DNA from: Gemmatimonadota bacterium
Lineage (GTDB): Bacteria > Gemmatimonadota > Gemmatimonadetes > Longimicrobiales > RSA9
Assembly (NCBI GenBank): GCA_039715185.1
Contig: JBDLIA010000002.1
Coordinates: 3,361 to 67,360 of the forward strand
Direction of reading: 5' to 3'
DNA length: 64,000 nucleotides
A program made the position numbers and the translations under genes. This document shows positions 17,341 through 26,841 of the stretch, piece after piece. The notes under the pieces were generated by a model. The model ran no database searches, had not been told where the DNA came from, and saw nothing but the letters and a program-made list of their open reading frames with translations. How positions within the stretch are numbered: the first letter of the stretch is position 1; each line of letters begins with the position of its first letter.

Positions 17341-20300
17341 TACGTCGAGCTACGAAACCACAGCGCTTTTTCCTTCGGTGACGGGGCCGTCACGCCGGAA
17401 GCGCTCGCCGCGCGCGCGGCGGCGCTGGGCTACGACACCGTGGGCCTCACGGATTCGGCGGACCTGGGCGGCGCGATCCGCTTCGGCCTCGAGTGCGCGC
17501 GCCAGGGCATCCGCGCGGTGGTGGGGGCGGAGCTCAAGGTCGACGGGCACCCGGCGGCGTTTCTGGCGCGCGACCTGGAAGGCTGGCGCAACCTGGCCGC
17601 GCTGGTCACACGGGCGCGCATCGGCCACTGGGACTGGTGGCGCAAGGACGGCGAGGACGCGGACGCCGAACAGCACGCCGGCCCACACGCTCCCGGCCGG
17701 GCCTGGGCGCACGCGCGCTCGGACCGGCGCCGGCCCGGCGAGGTCGGCGCTCCCCCCAAGCAGGCGCTCGTGCGCCGCGGATACGCCGGCGTGAGCTGGG
17801 ACGACGTGGCCGAACGCTCCGCCGGGCTCGTTGCGCTCACCGGTCCACCCAGCGGCGAGATCGGCTACCTGCTGCACCGCGGCCGCCCGCACGAGGCCGG
17901 CCGTACGCTGGCGCGCTGGCGCGAGGCGTTCGGCCAACGACTGGCCGTGGAGGTCCAGCGCCACAACGTCTCGGGAGGCGAGGCCGCGCTCGCCGGCGCG
18001 CTCAAGGCGCTCGCCGAAGAGCAGCGAGTGCCGTGGGTGGTGACCAACGACGCGCGCTACCTGGACGGATCGAGCCGCCTCGTCCACGACCTGCTCACGG
18101 CGCTGCGCTCCGACGTGTGCGTGGACACCGCCGCGAGCTGGGGCCTGCTGCACCCCAACGGCGAGTGGCGCCTCAAGTCGCCCCAGGAGATGGCGTCGCT
18201 GTGGCGCGGCCACGAACGCGGCCTGGAGGAGAGCGCGCGCATCGCCGGCGAGTGCGCCTTCTCGCTGCGCTGGCTGGCCCCTCCCCTGCCCCACTTTCCG
18301 TGCCCGGACGGCAAGGACGACGACGCCTACCTGCGCGAGCTCACGTACGCCGGCGCGCGCACGCGCTGGGGTGACCTGGACGAGCGCCAGTGCGGCCAGC
18401 TCGACCACGAGCTGGGGGTCATCGCGCGACTGGGCTTCGCGGGCTTCTTCCTGGTCATGTGGGACGCCGTACGCTTCGCGCGCGCCCGCGGCATCCTGTG
18501 CCAGGGACGCGGCAGCGCGGCCAACTCCGCGGTCGCCTACTGCCTCGGCATCACGGCCGTTGATCCCGTGCGCCACGGCCTGCTGTTCGAGCGCTTCCTC
18601 TCCGAGGCCCGCACCGACGGCCTGACCGAAGCCCCCGACATCGACGTCGACTTCGAGATGGAGCGGCGCGAGGAGGTGCTGGACTACATGTACCGCACCT
18701 GGGGCCGCCGGCGCGCGGCGATCACCTGCACCACCCTCACCTACCGCGCGCCGAGCGCGCTGCAGGACGTCATGCGCGGGCTCGGCTACCCCGCCGAGCA
18801 GACCTTCAACCTGTCCAAGCGGCTGCACCGCCACGACCCCGACGAGGGCGCCGACTACCTGGCCGCGGAGCTGGCCTCCAAGCACGGCCTGGATCTGTCC
18901 GGCAGCCGTGGCCGCGCGCTGCTCGCGGCCATGCGCGCCATGCAGGACCTGCCCCGCATGCGCGGCACGCACCCCGGCGGCTTCGTGCTCTCCTCTATCC
19001 CGCTGGGCGAAACCATGCCCATCGAGGGCACCGCCATGGGCCGCACCATCATCCAGTACGACAAGGACGACCTGGACGCCGCGGGCGTGCCCAAGTTCGA
19101 CTTCCTGGGCCTCGGCGGGCTGTCGGTCATCCACCGCGCGTTCGACGCGATCGAGGCGCGCACGGGCAAGCGGCACGAGCTGTACGAGCTCCCCACCGAC
19201 GATCCGCGCACCTACGAGCTCATCGCCCGCGGCGACACGCTGGGCACGTTCCAGATCGAGAGCCGCGCCCAGATCGCCTCGATCCTGCAGACTCAGCCGG
19301 GTCGCCTGTACGACATCGTCGTGCAGGTAGCGCTGATCCGTCCCGGACCGATCCAGGCGCGCTTCGTCCACCCCTACACCGCGCGCCGACGCGGCGAGGA
19401 GGAGGTCACCTACCGCCACCCGGACCTGGAGCCGATCCTGCGCCGCACCTACGGCATCCCGATCTTCCAGGAGCAGGCCATGGCGCTGTCCATGGCGTTG
19501 GGCGGCTTCAGCGCGGCGGAGGCGGACGAGCTGCGCCGCGCGATGGGGCACCAGAAGAAGCTGCCCAAGCTGACCGCCGCGCTGGAGAAGCTGAAGGCGC
19601 GCATCGCCGCGCGCGGGGTCGACCCCGGCGTGGCCGGCGAGATCGTCGACGACCTCTACTCGTTCGCCAACTACGGCTTCCCCGAGTCGCACGCCTGGAG
19701 CTTCGGCCTGATCGCCTACGCGACCGCCTGGCTCAAGGCCAATTACCCGACCGAGTTCCTGCTCGGCCTGCTCAACTCCTGGCCGATGGGCTTCTACCCG
19801 CCGGCCACGCTCGTCCACGACGCGCGCCGCCACGGCGCCATCGTGTTGCCGCCGTGCATGAAGCGCGGCGACTGGGAGTGCACCACCGAGCCCATCGCGC
19901 TCGACCACCCCGCCGCGCTGGCCACGCGCACCGAACAGGAGGCCTACCGCGAGGGCCTCGCGCGCGAGGCCGATCTGCTGGTGGACCTGGACGCGCGCGG
20001 ATCCGGACGTCGCGCGGGCAGTCGCGCGGCGTCGCTGGCCGCCAAGCATGCCGCCATCGGCGCCACGCGCGTCTCGGAGCGCCTGGCGCCGGGCTACGTC
20101 GGCTTCGACCCGGAGCCGGAGGAAGGAGACGGCCCTCCGCTCGCCTTGCGCGTGGGCTGGCGCTACATCCGCGGCCTGGGGGAACGAGCCCGCGACGCGC
20201 TGCGCGCGGCCACCGAGGAGGGCCCGTTCGCGTCCACCGAGGACGCCGTGCGCCGCGCCCGGCTGACCCGCCACGACGGGCTGCACATCGCGCGTTCCGG

Positions 20301-20871
20301 TGCCTTCGAGGCCTTTCACCCCGGCCGCCGCAGGGCCGCCTGGCAGGCGCTCCGCAGCGCCGGGGACACGCTCCCCCTCGCGCCCGCGCGCCGGGAGCTC
20401 CCGAAGGGTCTCGCCACCGGCATCGACGGGCCACTGCCCTTCGATCCGGCGGAGCTGGAAGGCGATGAGCTCGTGCTGCTGGATTACCTGGCCACGGGCA
20501 TCTGCACGCACGGTCATCCCATGCACGCGGTGCGCGACCGGCTCGACGCCGCGGGCGTGATGGACAGCCGCGCGCTACGCGAGTTGCGCGGGGGAGAGTG
20601 GGTCACGGTGGCCGGGCTCGTGGTGATCCGGCAGCGCCCGGCCACCGCCAAGGGGACCGTCTTTCTGCTCATGGAAGACGAGGCCGGCTTCATCAACGTG
20701 ATCGTGAGCAAGCCGCTCGTGGAACGCTACCGCGAGATCGTCTCGCACGCCCCCTTCGTGATCGCCGAGGGGCGCTTCGAGCGCCAGGAACGCGTCATCA
20801 ACGTGGTCGGCAAGCGCTTCCGCACGCTGGATGCGAACGCCGTCTCGTTCCGCTCGCGGGACTTCCGGTAG
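17329..20871 (+). CDS. dnaE2: error-prone DNA polymerase III alpha-like subunit DnaE2
   Basis: 1180 aa. The N-terminal PHP domain begins YVELRNHSAFSFGDGA. Pol III alpha core blocks are present (GFFLVMWD, PDIDVDF, GTHPGG, FQIESR, LIRPGP). The gene is linked to imuA-imuB. Confidence 0.9.
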   Translation: MSIPYVELRNHSAFSFGDGAVTPEALAARAAALGYDTVGLTDSADLGGAIRFGLECARQGIRAVVGAELKVDGHPAAFLARDLEGWRNLAALVTRARIGHWDWWRKDGEDADAEQHAGPHAPGRAWAHARSDRRRPGEVGAPPKQALVRRGYAGVSWDDVAERSAGLVALTGPPSGEIGYLLHRGRPHEAGRTLARWREAFGQRLAVEVQRHNVSGGEAALAGALKALAEEQRVPWVVTNDARYLDGSSRLVHDLLTALRSDVCVDTAASWGLLHPNGEWRLKSPQEMASLWRGHERGLEESARIAGECAFSLRWLAPPLPHFPCPDGKDDDAYLRELTYAGARTRWGDLDERQCGQLDHELGVIARLGFAGFFLVMWDAVRFARARGILCQGRGSAANSAVAYCLGITAVDPVRHGLLFERFLSEARTDGLTEAPDIDVDFEMERREEVLDYMYRTWGRRRAAITCTTLTYRAPSALQDVMRGLGYPAEQTFNLSKRLHRHDPDEGADYLAAELASKHGLDLSGSRGRALLAAMRAMQDLPRMRGTHPGGFVLSSIPLGETMPIEGTAMGRTIIQYDKDDLDAAGVPKFDFLGLGGLSVIHRAFDAIEARTGKRHELYELPTDDPRTYELIARGDTLGTFQIESRAQIASILQTQPGRLYDIVVQVALIRPGPIQARFVHPYTARRRGEEEVTYRHPDLEPILRRTYGIPIFQEQAMALSMALGGFSAAEADELRRAMGHQKKLPKLTAALEKLKARIAARGVDPGVAGEIVDDLYSFANYGFPESHAWSFGLIAYATAWLKANYPTEFLLGLLNSWPMGFYPPATLVHDARRHGAIVLPPCMKRGDWECTTEPIALDHPAALATRTEQEAYREGLAREADLLVDLDARGSGRRAGSRAASLAAKHAAIGATRVSERLAPGYVGFDPEPEEGDGPPLALRVGWRYIRGLGERARDALRAATEEGPFASTEDAVRRARLTRHDGLHIARSGAFEAFHPGRRRAAWQALRSAGDTLPLAPARRELPKGLATGIDGPLPFDPAELEGDELVLLDYLATGICTHGHPMHAVRDRLDAAGVMDSRALRELRGGEWVTVAGLVVIRQRPATAKGTVFLLMEDEAGFINVIVSKPLVERYREIVSHAPFVIAEGRFERQERVINVVGKRFRTLDANAVSFRSRDFR

Positions 20872-20894
20872 CGGGGGCCAACTCGGCGCGGTCT

Positions 20895-21686
20895 TCAGCC
20901 CGACGTCACTCCATATCTTTTTTTCATAACCTCGAAGAGGGAGCACTCCGGGAAGGTGGCGTCCTTGTCGAACTCTTCGTCCAGACGCAGCATCTCGTTC
21001 CAGAGGTGGACCGAGTAGCTTCCGTCGAAGAAATCCAGCCTGTCACAGTAGGTCTCGTCGAACAGTGAGCGCCAGGAATAGTAGGGCACCGGATAAAACC
21101 ATGACGCCGGCTTTGCCAGCCCATCCAGACCGTACAGTTTGAGCACGTTGGTCAGTCCGAACGGGCCGGTCTCGCCCCACCTCAAGTCGTTTATGCGGTT
21201 GCCCTTGAAGTACTTGCGGATGAACTTGCGCCCCTTGATCTTTGGGGCGTCCCAGGGCTGCCATTTGTTGGGTTTGAGTGCCAAAGAGGCCACATGGGCC
21301 AGGGCCTCGCTATCGCTCGGCAGCTTCAGTACCGCAGTATTGCACTCTTGCCCCTGCCACCCGAAGAGGTACTCGTCCTCGAAGTCAAAAGGCTTGAGGC
21401 ATACCGTGTCGGTATCCACCCAGATGCCTTCCTCTTTCCGCAAGAGCTCATAGCGAAAGTGGTTTGCAAAACCCGCGTAAGATGGTCGCCCCTTGTAGGT
21501 GAAAATCTTGGATTCGTGGATGATGTCGTTGGCGTCCTTTATGACAACGCGCCGAGGTACGCCCTCGACCTCTCCATAGGTGTAGAGGTGGACGGGGTGG
21601 CCGTTGGCTACGAAGGAGGTGAGCGACAGGCGTTCCACGGTCGACAGCCGATCGCCTACCCAAAGGGCAAGGATTGTTTGAAGCAT
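20895..21686 (-). CDS. glycosyltransferase (Gly_transf_sug / DXD-type, capsule- or LPS-sugar-transferase-like) in an AT-richer islet
   Basis: This lies in ORF 20895..21764, starting at MLQTILALWVGD. Supporting blocks are FRYELLRKEEGIWVDTDTVCL (DxD) and SVHLWNEM. Its G+C is visibly lower than that of its neighbours. Confidence 0.75.
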   Translation of the reverse strand: MLQTILALWVGDRLSTVERLSLTSFVANGHPVHLYTYGEVEGVPRRVVIKDANDIIHESKIFTYKGRPSYAGFANHFRYELLRKEEGIWVDTDTVCLKPFDFEDEYLFGWQGQECNTAVLKLPSDSEALAHVASLALKPNKWQPWDAPKIKGRKFIRKYFKGNRINDLRWGETGPFGLTNVLKLYGLDGLAKPASWFYPVPYYSWRSLFDETYCDRLDFFDGSYSVHLWNEMLRLDEEFDKDATFPECSLFEVMKKRYGVTSG

Positions 21687-21714
21687 GGTTCCCCGCGACT
21701 CAAACAGGGGCACG

Positions 21715-21933
21715 GGACTTGATATGACGGCTCCCGGCTGCAACACCCTGAAGGACGACAACAACGACGGCTTTGCTGACGGCGTCCTGCAGGAAACCCA
21801 CGACGACGGGTCTTGGAGCTACTGGTTCTTCCAGCGCAGGTCAATGGCCACGTCTCATGTATCGGCTGCAGCCGCAATGCTCACGACGAGAGCTACGGAC
21901 GCGGCTTTCTCCAGGTCCACTATCGCCTTGTGA
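21715..21933 (+). pseudogene. 3' fragment of a subtilisin-family (S8) peptidase gene with a degraded active-site Ser block
   Basis: LDMTAPGCN..DGFADGVLQET..WYWFFQRRSMATSHVSAAAAML compares with the canonical ..APG..GTSMAxPHVxGxxAL... No upstream Asp/His portion exists, and the N-terminal side is occupied by the opposite-strand glycosyltransferase. Confidence 0.5.
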
Positions 21934-22834
21934 GGACCACGCGCGCGTCCGCGGGCCTGGCGGAGCGTCCCTCATCGAAAGGCTCCGCGAACGACGCCTC
22001 CAGCACCAGGTGCGTGCCGTTAAGCGCGAGCGTGCCATCGGGCGCCTCGGCGATCGAGTAGTAGGTGCGCGGAATCACCACCCCGTCCACCGTCTGGCGC
22101 ACGTCCACTATGCGCGCGATGCGCATGCCGGCGACGTTGCCGGGGAACGGCGTGGGCGGAATTCCGCCGGGGAGCGGGGGATAGAACGCGTCGTGCACGA
22201 ACCCCTCCAGCAGGTGCGTGTCGGGATCGATGAAGAGCTGGAAGTGCACCGCCCCGTCGCCCACCGACAGGGTCATCGACACGACGGGAAGCTCGCGCTC
22301 CTGGCCCGGAAGGGTGCCCGTGCCGCCGTCCTCCAGGCGCGCGCCATCTAGCTGGGTCAGGAACGGCATCTGGACGATCGAGCTGTGCATGTACAGCAGG
22401 TTGAGAGGCGGATCGCGGAACATCGGCTCGATCACGTACTCGCGCGCCCACACCGAGGCGCCGTCGAAGCCCACCGAGGGCTGCTCGATCTCCTCGAACG
22501 GCATCTCCACGAATCCCCGGCTGGTACGCGGGTCCAGGGTCACGTCGTAGCGGCGCCAGTTGTGGAAGTAGCGGCGCTCTCCCTGCACCGGCAGCTCCAG
22601 CAGGTTCATGATCAGCTCGAAGCGCGCCGAGGGCGCCTCCGTCCAGCGCTCGTAGCCGTGGGCCTCGAGCATGGCCTCCACGACCTCGCGGGTCGCGTCA
22701 CCGTCGTAGGTCGGGCCAGCCGCGGTGGGTGTCGCCCCGCCGGCTCCCGGCAACGCCAGCGCCGAGGCGACGGCGGTGAGGAGGGCGATCAGCGTGGCGG
22801 CCGGCGGAGGCGCGTGCCTGGGTACGTATGTCAT
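21920..22834 (-). CDS. secreted hypothetical protein
   Basis: This lies in ORF 21920..23089. ATG 22834 gives MTYVPRHAPPPAATLIALLTAVASALALPG, a signal peptide. I recognise no family. Confidence 0.55.
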   Translation of the reverse strand: MTYVPRHAPPPAATLIALLTAVASALALPGAGGATPTAAGPTYDGDATREVVEAMLEAHGYERWTEAPSARFELIMNLLELPVQGERRYFHNWRRYDVTLDPRTSRGFVEMPFEEIEQPSVGFDGASVWAREYVIEPMFRDPPLNLLYMHSSIVQMPFLTQLDGARLEDGGTGTLPGQERELPVVSMTLSVGDGAVHFQLFIDPDTHLLEGFVHDAFYPPLPGGIPPTPFPGNVAGMRIARIVDVRQTVDGVVIPRTYYSIAEAPDGTLALNGTHLVLEASFAEPFDEGRSARPADARVVLTRR

Positions 22835-23317
22835 GTGTCGTCGAATCCGTTCTGAGTCGCCTGCGCGCGCGCTTCCCACCGTGCCCGCGTTCGGCAGAGA
22901 GACCGCCGTCGACGGCCCGAGGTTCGACGGCGTGGGACGGGATACCACCTGCCGGGACGAACGGCCGCGCGCCGGGATGAATCGGCTGCTGGTTGGCACC
23001 GAATCGCGTTGCGTCGACCCCCGACGCTCGCCCCGGGCGCCCCCCGGGCAACCAAATGCCGCCTTCGCGCAGCAGAGAAACCGAACCACGTGGATCCTGG
23101 AGCCCGACGCGAAGGTACGTCAGTGCACGGAGGTCTCTTCCGACCAGGGACAGTCCTGGTCCCGCAGCTTCGAGGCCCTCTACGAAGGGAGATGGCGGGC
23201 GGCCGGGGCGCTATCGTTTCCCGCGCGGGCGCCGGTAGGAGGGAGGCCGCGTGCTTGCGCGGGAGCCCCGGTGGGCTGACCGTTTCGGGCCTCATTCACG
23301 CGAAGAACCGGAGACCA

Positions 23318-23785
23318 ATGATCGATCCTCGCAGCGGCGTGCGCTCGAAAGCAGCCGCGTTCTTGACGTCCGTAGTCGCGTTGCTCACGCTCGCTCCCGC
23401 TCTCGCCGCCCAGGCGGACGCCCCTCCATTCACCGCGGAGCAGGCCGAGGCGGGCTCGGAGGCATATCGGTCCGAGTGCGCCATGTGCCACGGCCTGGCG
23501 CTGGAGGGCACGGTAGCGCCGCCGCTCGTCGGAAACGTTTTCCGGACCAACTGGTACGCGGGCGACCGGACGCTGGGCGACCTCTTCGACCACATCGCCA
23601 ACAGCATGCCGCTCGCCGCGCCCGGCTCGCTGACCGATGGCCAGTACGCGGCCATCACGGCGTTCCTGCTCGAGCGCAACGGCCACCCCGCCGGAGACGA
23701 GCCGCTGGTGGCCGACCTCGAGGCGCTGGACGGGTACACGCTTGCTCCGCCTGAGGACGCGGAGGAGAAGGAGGAAGGACGATGA
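23318..23785 (+). CDS. secreted mono-haem c-type cytochrome
   Basis: ATG 23318 sits within ORF 23009..23785. There is a signal peptide, then the CAMCH haem-binding motif and a distal Met (ANSMPLAAPG). Confidence 0.8.
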   Translation: MIDPRSGVRSKAAAFLTSVVALLTLAPALAAQADAPPFTAEQAEAGSEAYRSECAMCHGLALEGTVAPPLVGNVFRTNWYAGDRTLGDLFDHIANSMPLAAPGSLTDGQYAAITAFLLERNGHPAGDEPLVADLEALDGYTLAPPEDAEEKEEGR

Positions 23786-26169
23786 GGGGGCTCTCGACGC
23801 GCACCACGCTCGGTGGGATGCTGGCGCTGGCCCTGTCGGCGGGCGGGGCCGCGCACGCGTCCGGCCAGGACAGAGTGGGCTCGGGGGTCGCCGTCGTCGG
23901 TGAGGACGTGGTGGTGCTCAAGCCCGTGCCCACGCGCGGCGCACCGCACCTCATGGTGTTCCGCCACGACGGCGGCGAGTGGGCGCTGGCGCTGCGCCTC
24001 GAGCCCGCCGGCGGCGGCATGACCGGCGAGGGGTTGGGCGCCTCCATGGCGACCTCGGGGTCCTCCGTCATCGCCGCCGCCGCCGATCCCGACGGCCACT
24101 GGGCGTTCCACGACTGGCGGCGCGGGCCGAACGGCACCTGGAGCGACGCCGCCCGCGTGGTGCTCGATCCGAGCGTCGTCGTACCGGACGCGAGCGCCCC
24201 GCTGGAGGTGGGCCGGGTCTTCCAGATCCTGCAACCGCCGCAGCGGACCGTGGCCGCGGGATTCGGGCTCGCCGCCGCGGTGCGCCAAGACGCCCAGCCC
24301 GTGACCGTGCGCGTGTACTCCCTCAGCGGCGCGAACGCGGGCGACTGGGAGCCCGCGGGAGAGGTGCCGCTCGGCACCGTCACGCCGGTGCCCGTGGTGC
24401 CGGCGCTCGGCCCCGACATGCTCCTGGTCGGCGTGCCGACGGCAGGCGCGGGCATGGTGCGCGTGTTCCGGCGGGCGGACGGGGGCGAATGGACGGAGGG
24501 CGCGACCCTGGCCCCCGCCGACCTGGACGACGCGGCGCGGTTCGGAGCCGCCATCGCGGTCACCGAGGGGCGCCTGTTCGTAGGCGCCCCCGGACTCGAC
24601 GGCGGACGCGTGTTCGTCTTCGCCCAGACCGCGGAGGCGTTCGAGGAGACGACGCGCCTGTCCGCGCCCGCCGACAGGGGGCCGGACAGCTTCGGCGCGG
24701 CGCTGGCGGCGTCCGAAGGCGAGCTCCTGGTGGGCGACCCCGGCGCCGAGGAGGGACGCGGCCAGGTGATCCGCTTCGCGCTGGACGACGACATCTGGCG
24801 GCCGGCGGAGGCGATACCCACGCCGACCGTCACCGAGGGCGACGTCTTCGGGTCCGCGGTTGCGCTTGGGGATGCGCCCGGCGGACTCATCGGCGTCGCC
24901 GGCGCGCCCGGCGTATGGGCCAACCTGGGAGCAGCCTTCGCCCTGACCGCGTCCGGGACGACCGAGCTGGAGCACGGGCTCATGCTGAGCGCCGTCGTGC
25001 CCGGGGCTGAGGTCCGCTGCGAGGAGGGCGTCGCCGCCGGTTTTTCCTGCGAGGAGGTTGACCTGCAGGCGTACCTGACCCTGGACGCGCTGGGCGGCGG
25101 ACCGGGCGAGCGGGTCAGCGACCTGTGGGGCTGGACGGACCCCGAAACGGGTCGCGAGTACGCCCTGATCGGGCGCACCGGAGGAGTCGTCATCCTGGAC
25201 GTCACCGAGCCGGCCGCGCCCGTCAGCCTCGGCATCATCGAGGCCAACGCCAGCGGCGCCCGCGACGTGAAGGTGTACGCCGACCACATGTTCTTCACCG
25301 GGGACGGCGCCGGCGACCACGGGCTGTTCGTGTTCGACCTGGCGCGCCTGCGTGAGTTGAGCGGACCGGCGGGGGCGCTCGAGCCGGACGCGGTCTACGA
25401 GGGGTTCGCGAGCGCCCACAACCTGATCGTGGACACCGAGAGTGGCTTCGCGTTCGCGGTGGGCGCGAGCGCCGGCGGCGAGACCTGCGGCGGCGGGCTG
25501 CACATGGTCGACATCAGGCAGCCCAAGAGCCCCGTTTTCGCCGGCTGTTATACCGACACGAATGGGCTGATCTGGCAAGGCAGGACGCACGACGGCCAGT
25601 GCGTCGTGTACCGCGGGCCGGACGAAGAGCACCAGGGCAAGCAGCTCTGTTTCGCGTCCAACGAGACCGCGCTGCGCATCGTCGACGTGACCGACAAGAG
25701 CAACCCCGTGCCCATCTCGGCCGCGGACTATCCCTCCCGTGCCTACATCCATCAGGGCTGGCTCACCGACGACCAGCGTTATTTTTACATGGACGACGAG
25801 ATCGACGAGCTCACGGGCAAAACGGACCGGACCAAGACCACGATCTGGGACGTGAGCGATCTGGACGATCCGGTGATGGCGGGGGTGTATCTGGGGCCCG
25901 ACAACGCGACCGACCACAACCTGTACATCAAGGGCGACCGGATGTACCAGGCCAACTATCAGGCGGGGCTTCGGGTCATCGACATCAGCGACCCGCTCAA
26001 CCCGGTCGAGGTAGGTCATTTCGACACGACCCCGTACGAGGGCGAGGGATCGGGCTTCTCGGGCGCGTGGACGGCGTTCCCGTTCTTCGACAGCGGCACC
26101 GTGGTCGTAACGAGCATGAACGAGGGAGTGTTCATTCTGCGGCCCAGACGCGCGGTGCTGATCCCGTGA
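23782..26169 (+). CDS. secreted FG-GAP-like repeat plus choice-of-anchor-B / LVIVD beta-propeller protein
   Basis: 795 aa. The ATG overlaps the cytochrome c stop (ATGA). Supporting blocks are SDLWGWTDPETGREYALIG, HNLIVDTESGFAF, GGLHMVDI, THDGQCVVY, IHQGWLTDDQRYFYMDDE and YQAGLRVIDISDP. Confidence 0.8.
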   Translation: MRGLSTRTTLGGMLALALSAGGAAHASGQDRVGSGVAVVGEDVVVLKPVPTRGAPHLMVFRHDGGEWALALRLEPAGGGMTGEGLGASMATSGSSVIAAAADPDGHWAFHDWRRGPNGTWSDAARVVLDPSVVVPDASAPLEVGRVFQILQPPQRTVAAGFGLAAAVRQDAQPVTVRVYSLSGANAGDWEPAGEVPLGTVTPVPVVPALGPDMLLVGVPTAGAGMVRVFRRADGGEWTEGATLAPADLDDAARFGAAIAVTEGRLFVGAPGLDGGRVFVFAQTAEAFEETTRLSAPADRGPDSFGAALAASEGELLVGDPGAEEGRGQVIRFALDDDIWRPAEAIPTPTVTEGDVFGSAVALGDAPGGLIGVAGAPGVWANLGAAFALTASGTTELEHGLMLSAVVPGAEVRCEEGVAAGFSCEEVDLQAYLTLDALGGGPGERVSDLWGWTDPETGREYALIGRTGGVVILDVTEPAAPVSLGIIEANASGARDVKVYADHMFFTGDGAGDHGLFVFDLARLRELSGPAGALEPDAVYEGFASAHNLIVDTESGFAFAVGASAGGETCGGGLHMVDIRQPKSPVFAGCYTDTNGLIWQGRTHDGQCVVYRGPDEEHQGKQLCFASNETALRIVDVTDKSNPVPISAADYPSRAYIHQGWLTDDQRYFYMDDEIDELTGKTDRTKTTIWDVSDLDDPVMAGVYLGPDNATDHNLYIKGDRMYQANYQAGLRVIDISDPLNPVEVGHFDTTPYEGEGSGFSGAWTAFPFFDSGTVVVTSMNEGVFILRPRRAVLIP

Positions 26170-26834
26170 CGGCCGCAGGGTCGGGCGGCCGTTCCGAGCG
26201 GACGCGCCCCCCGCCCCGGGTGGACCACGTGATCTACGGCGCGCCGGACCTGGAAGCCGCGGTATCGGCGCTGGAGGTCCGCACGGGCGTGCGCGCCGCG
26301 CTCGGTGGGCGCCACAGCGCCTACGGCACGCACAACGCGTTGCTCGCGCTCGGGCCGCGCGTGTACCTGGAGATCCTGGCGCCCGACCCCCGCCGCGATG
26401 CGGGCGTCGAGCCCACCCTGTTCGGCCTCGACCTACTCGCTGAACCCCGCATGGTCGCGTGGGCCGCGAGCTGTTCCGACCTGGGCGAACGGGTCGCGAG
26501 CGCCGCGGACGCGGGCCTGCACCTCGGAGAAGTGCAGTCGGGGGCACGGGAGACGTCGGACGGAGGCGTCCTGCGCTGGCGCATCTCGGACCCGTACGTG
26601 CGACACTGCGACGGCGTCGTGCCGTTCCTCATCGACTGGGGAGAGACGCCACACCCGGCGGCCTCGGCGCCGGGTGGCCTGCGCCTGCTCGGCCTGCGCG
26701 CCACGCACCCGAACGCGGCCGGAGCCCAGGCGGCCCTGGACGCGCTGGGCGTGGACCTGGATGTCTCGCGCGGGGACGCGGCGGCGCTGAGCGCCATCAT
26801 CGAGGGTCCCGTGGGCAAGCTGGAACTGGCGTGA
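26166..26834 (+). CDS. VOC / glyoxalase-like domain protein
   Basis: The GTG start overlaps the upstream stop (GTGA). VDHVIYGAPDLEAAVSALE..GTHNALLALGPRVYLEILAPDP is typical of the Glyoxalase_3-like family. Confidence 0.7.
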   Translation: MTAAGSGGRSERTRPPPRVDHVIYGAPDLEAAVSALEVRTGVRAALGGRHSAYGTHNALLALGPRVYLEILAPDPRRDAGVEPTLFGLDLLAEPRMVAWAASCSDLGERVASAADAGLHLGEVQSGARETSDGGVLRWRISDPYVRHCDGVVPFLIDWGETPHPAASAPGGLRLLGLRATHPNAAGAQAALDALGVDLDVSRGDAAALSAIIEGPVGKLELA

Positions 26835-26841
26835 GAGTCGC

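Noticed and set aside
23296-26547. Very long alternative-frame or antisense ORFs. Examples are 23296..26547 minus (1083 aa), 17350..20526 minus (1058 aa), 55644..58088 minus (814 aa), 61606..63789 minus (727 aa), 6686..8857 minus and 12033..14303 minus.
   Set aside because: They are Arg/Ala/Gly/Pro-rich shadow ORFs typical of high-GC DNA. Each lies opposite or out of frame to a gene with clear family motifs, and none shows a recognisable domain.
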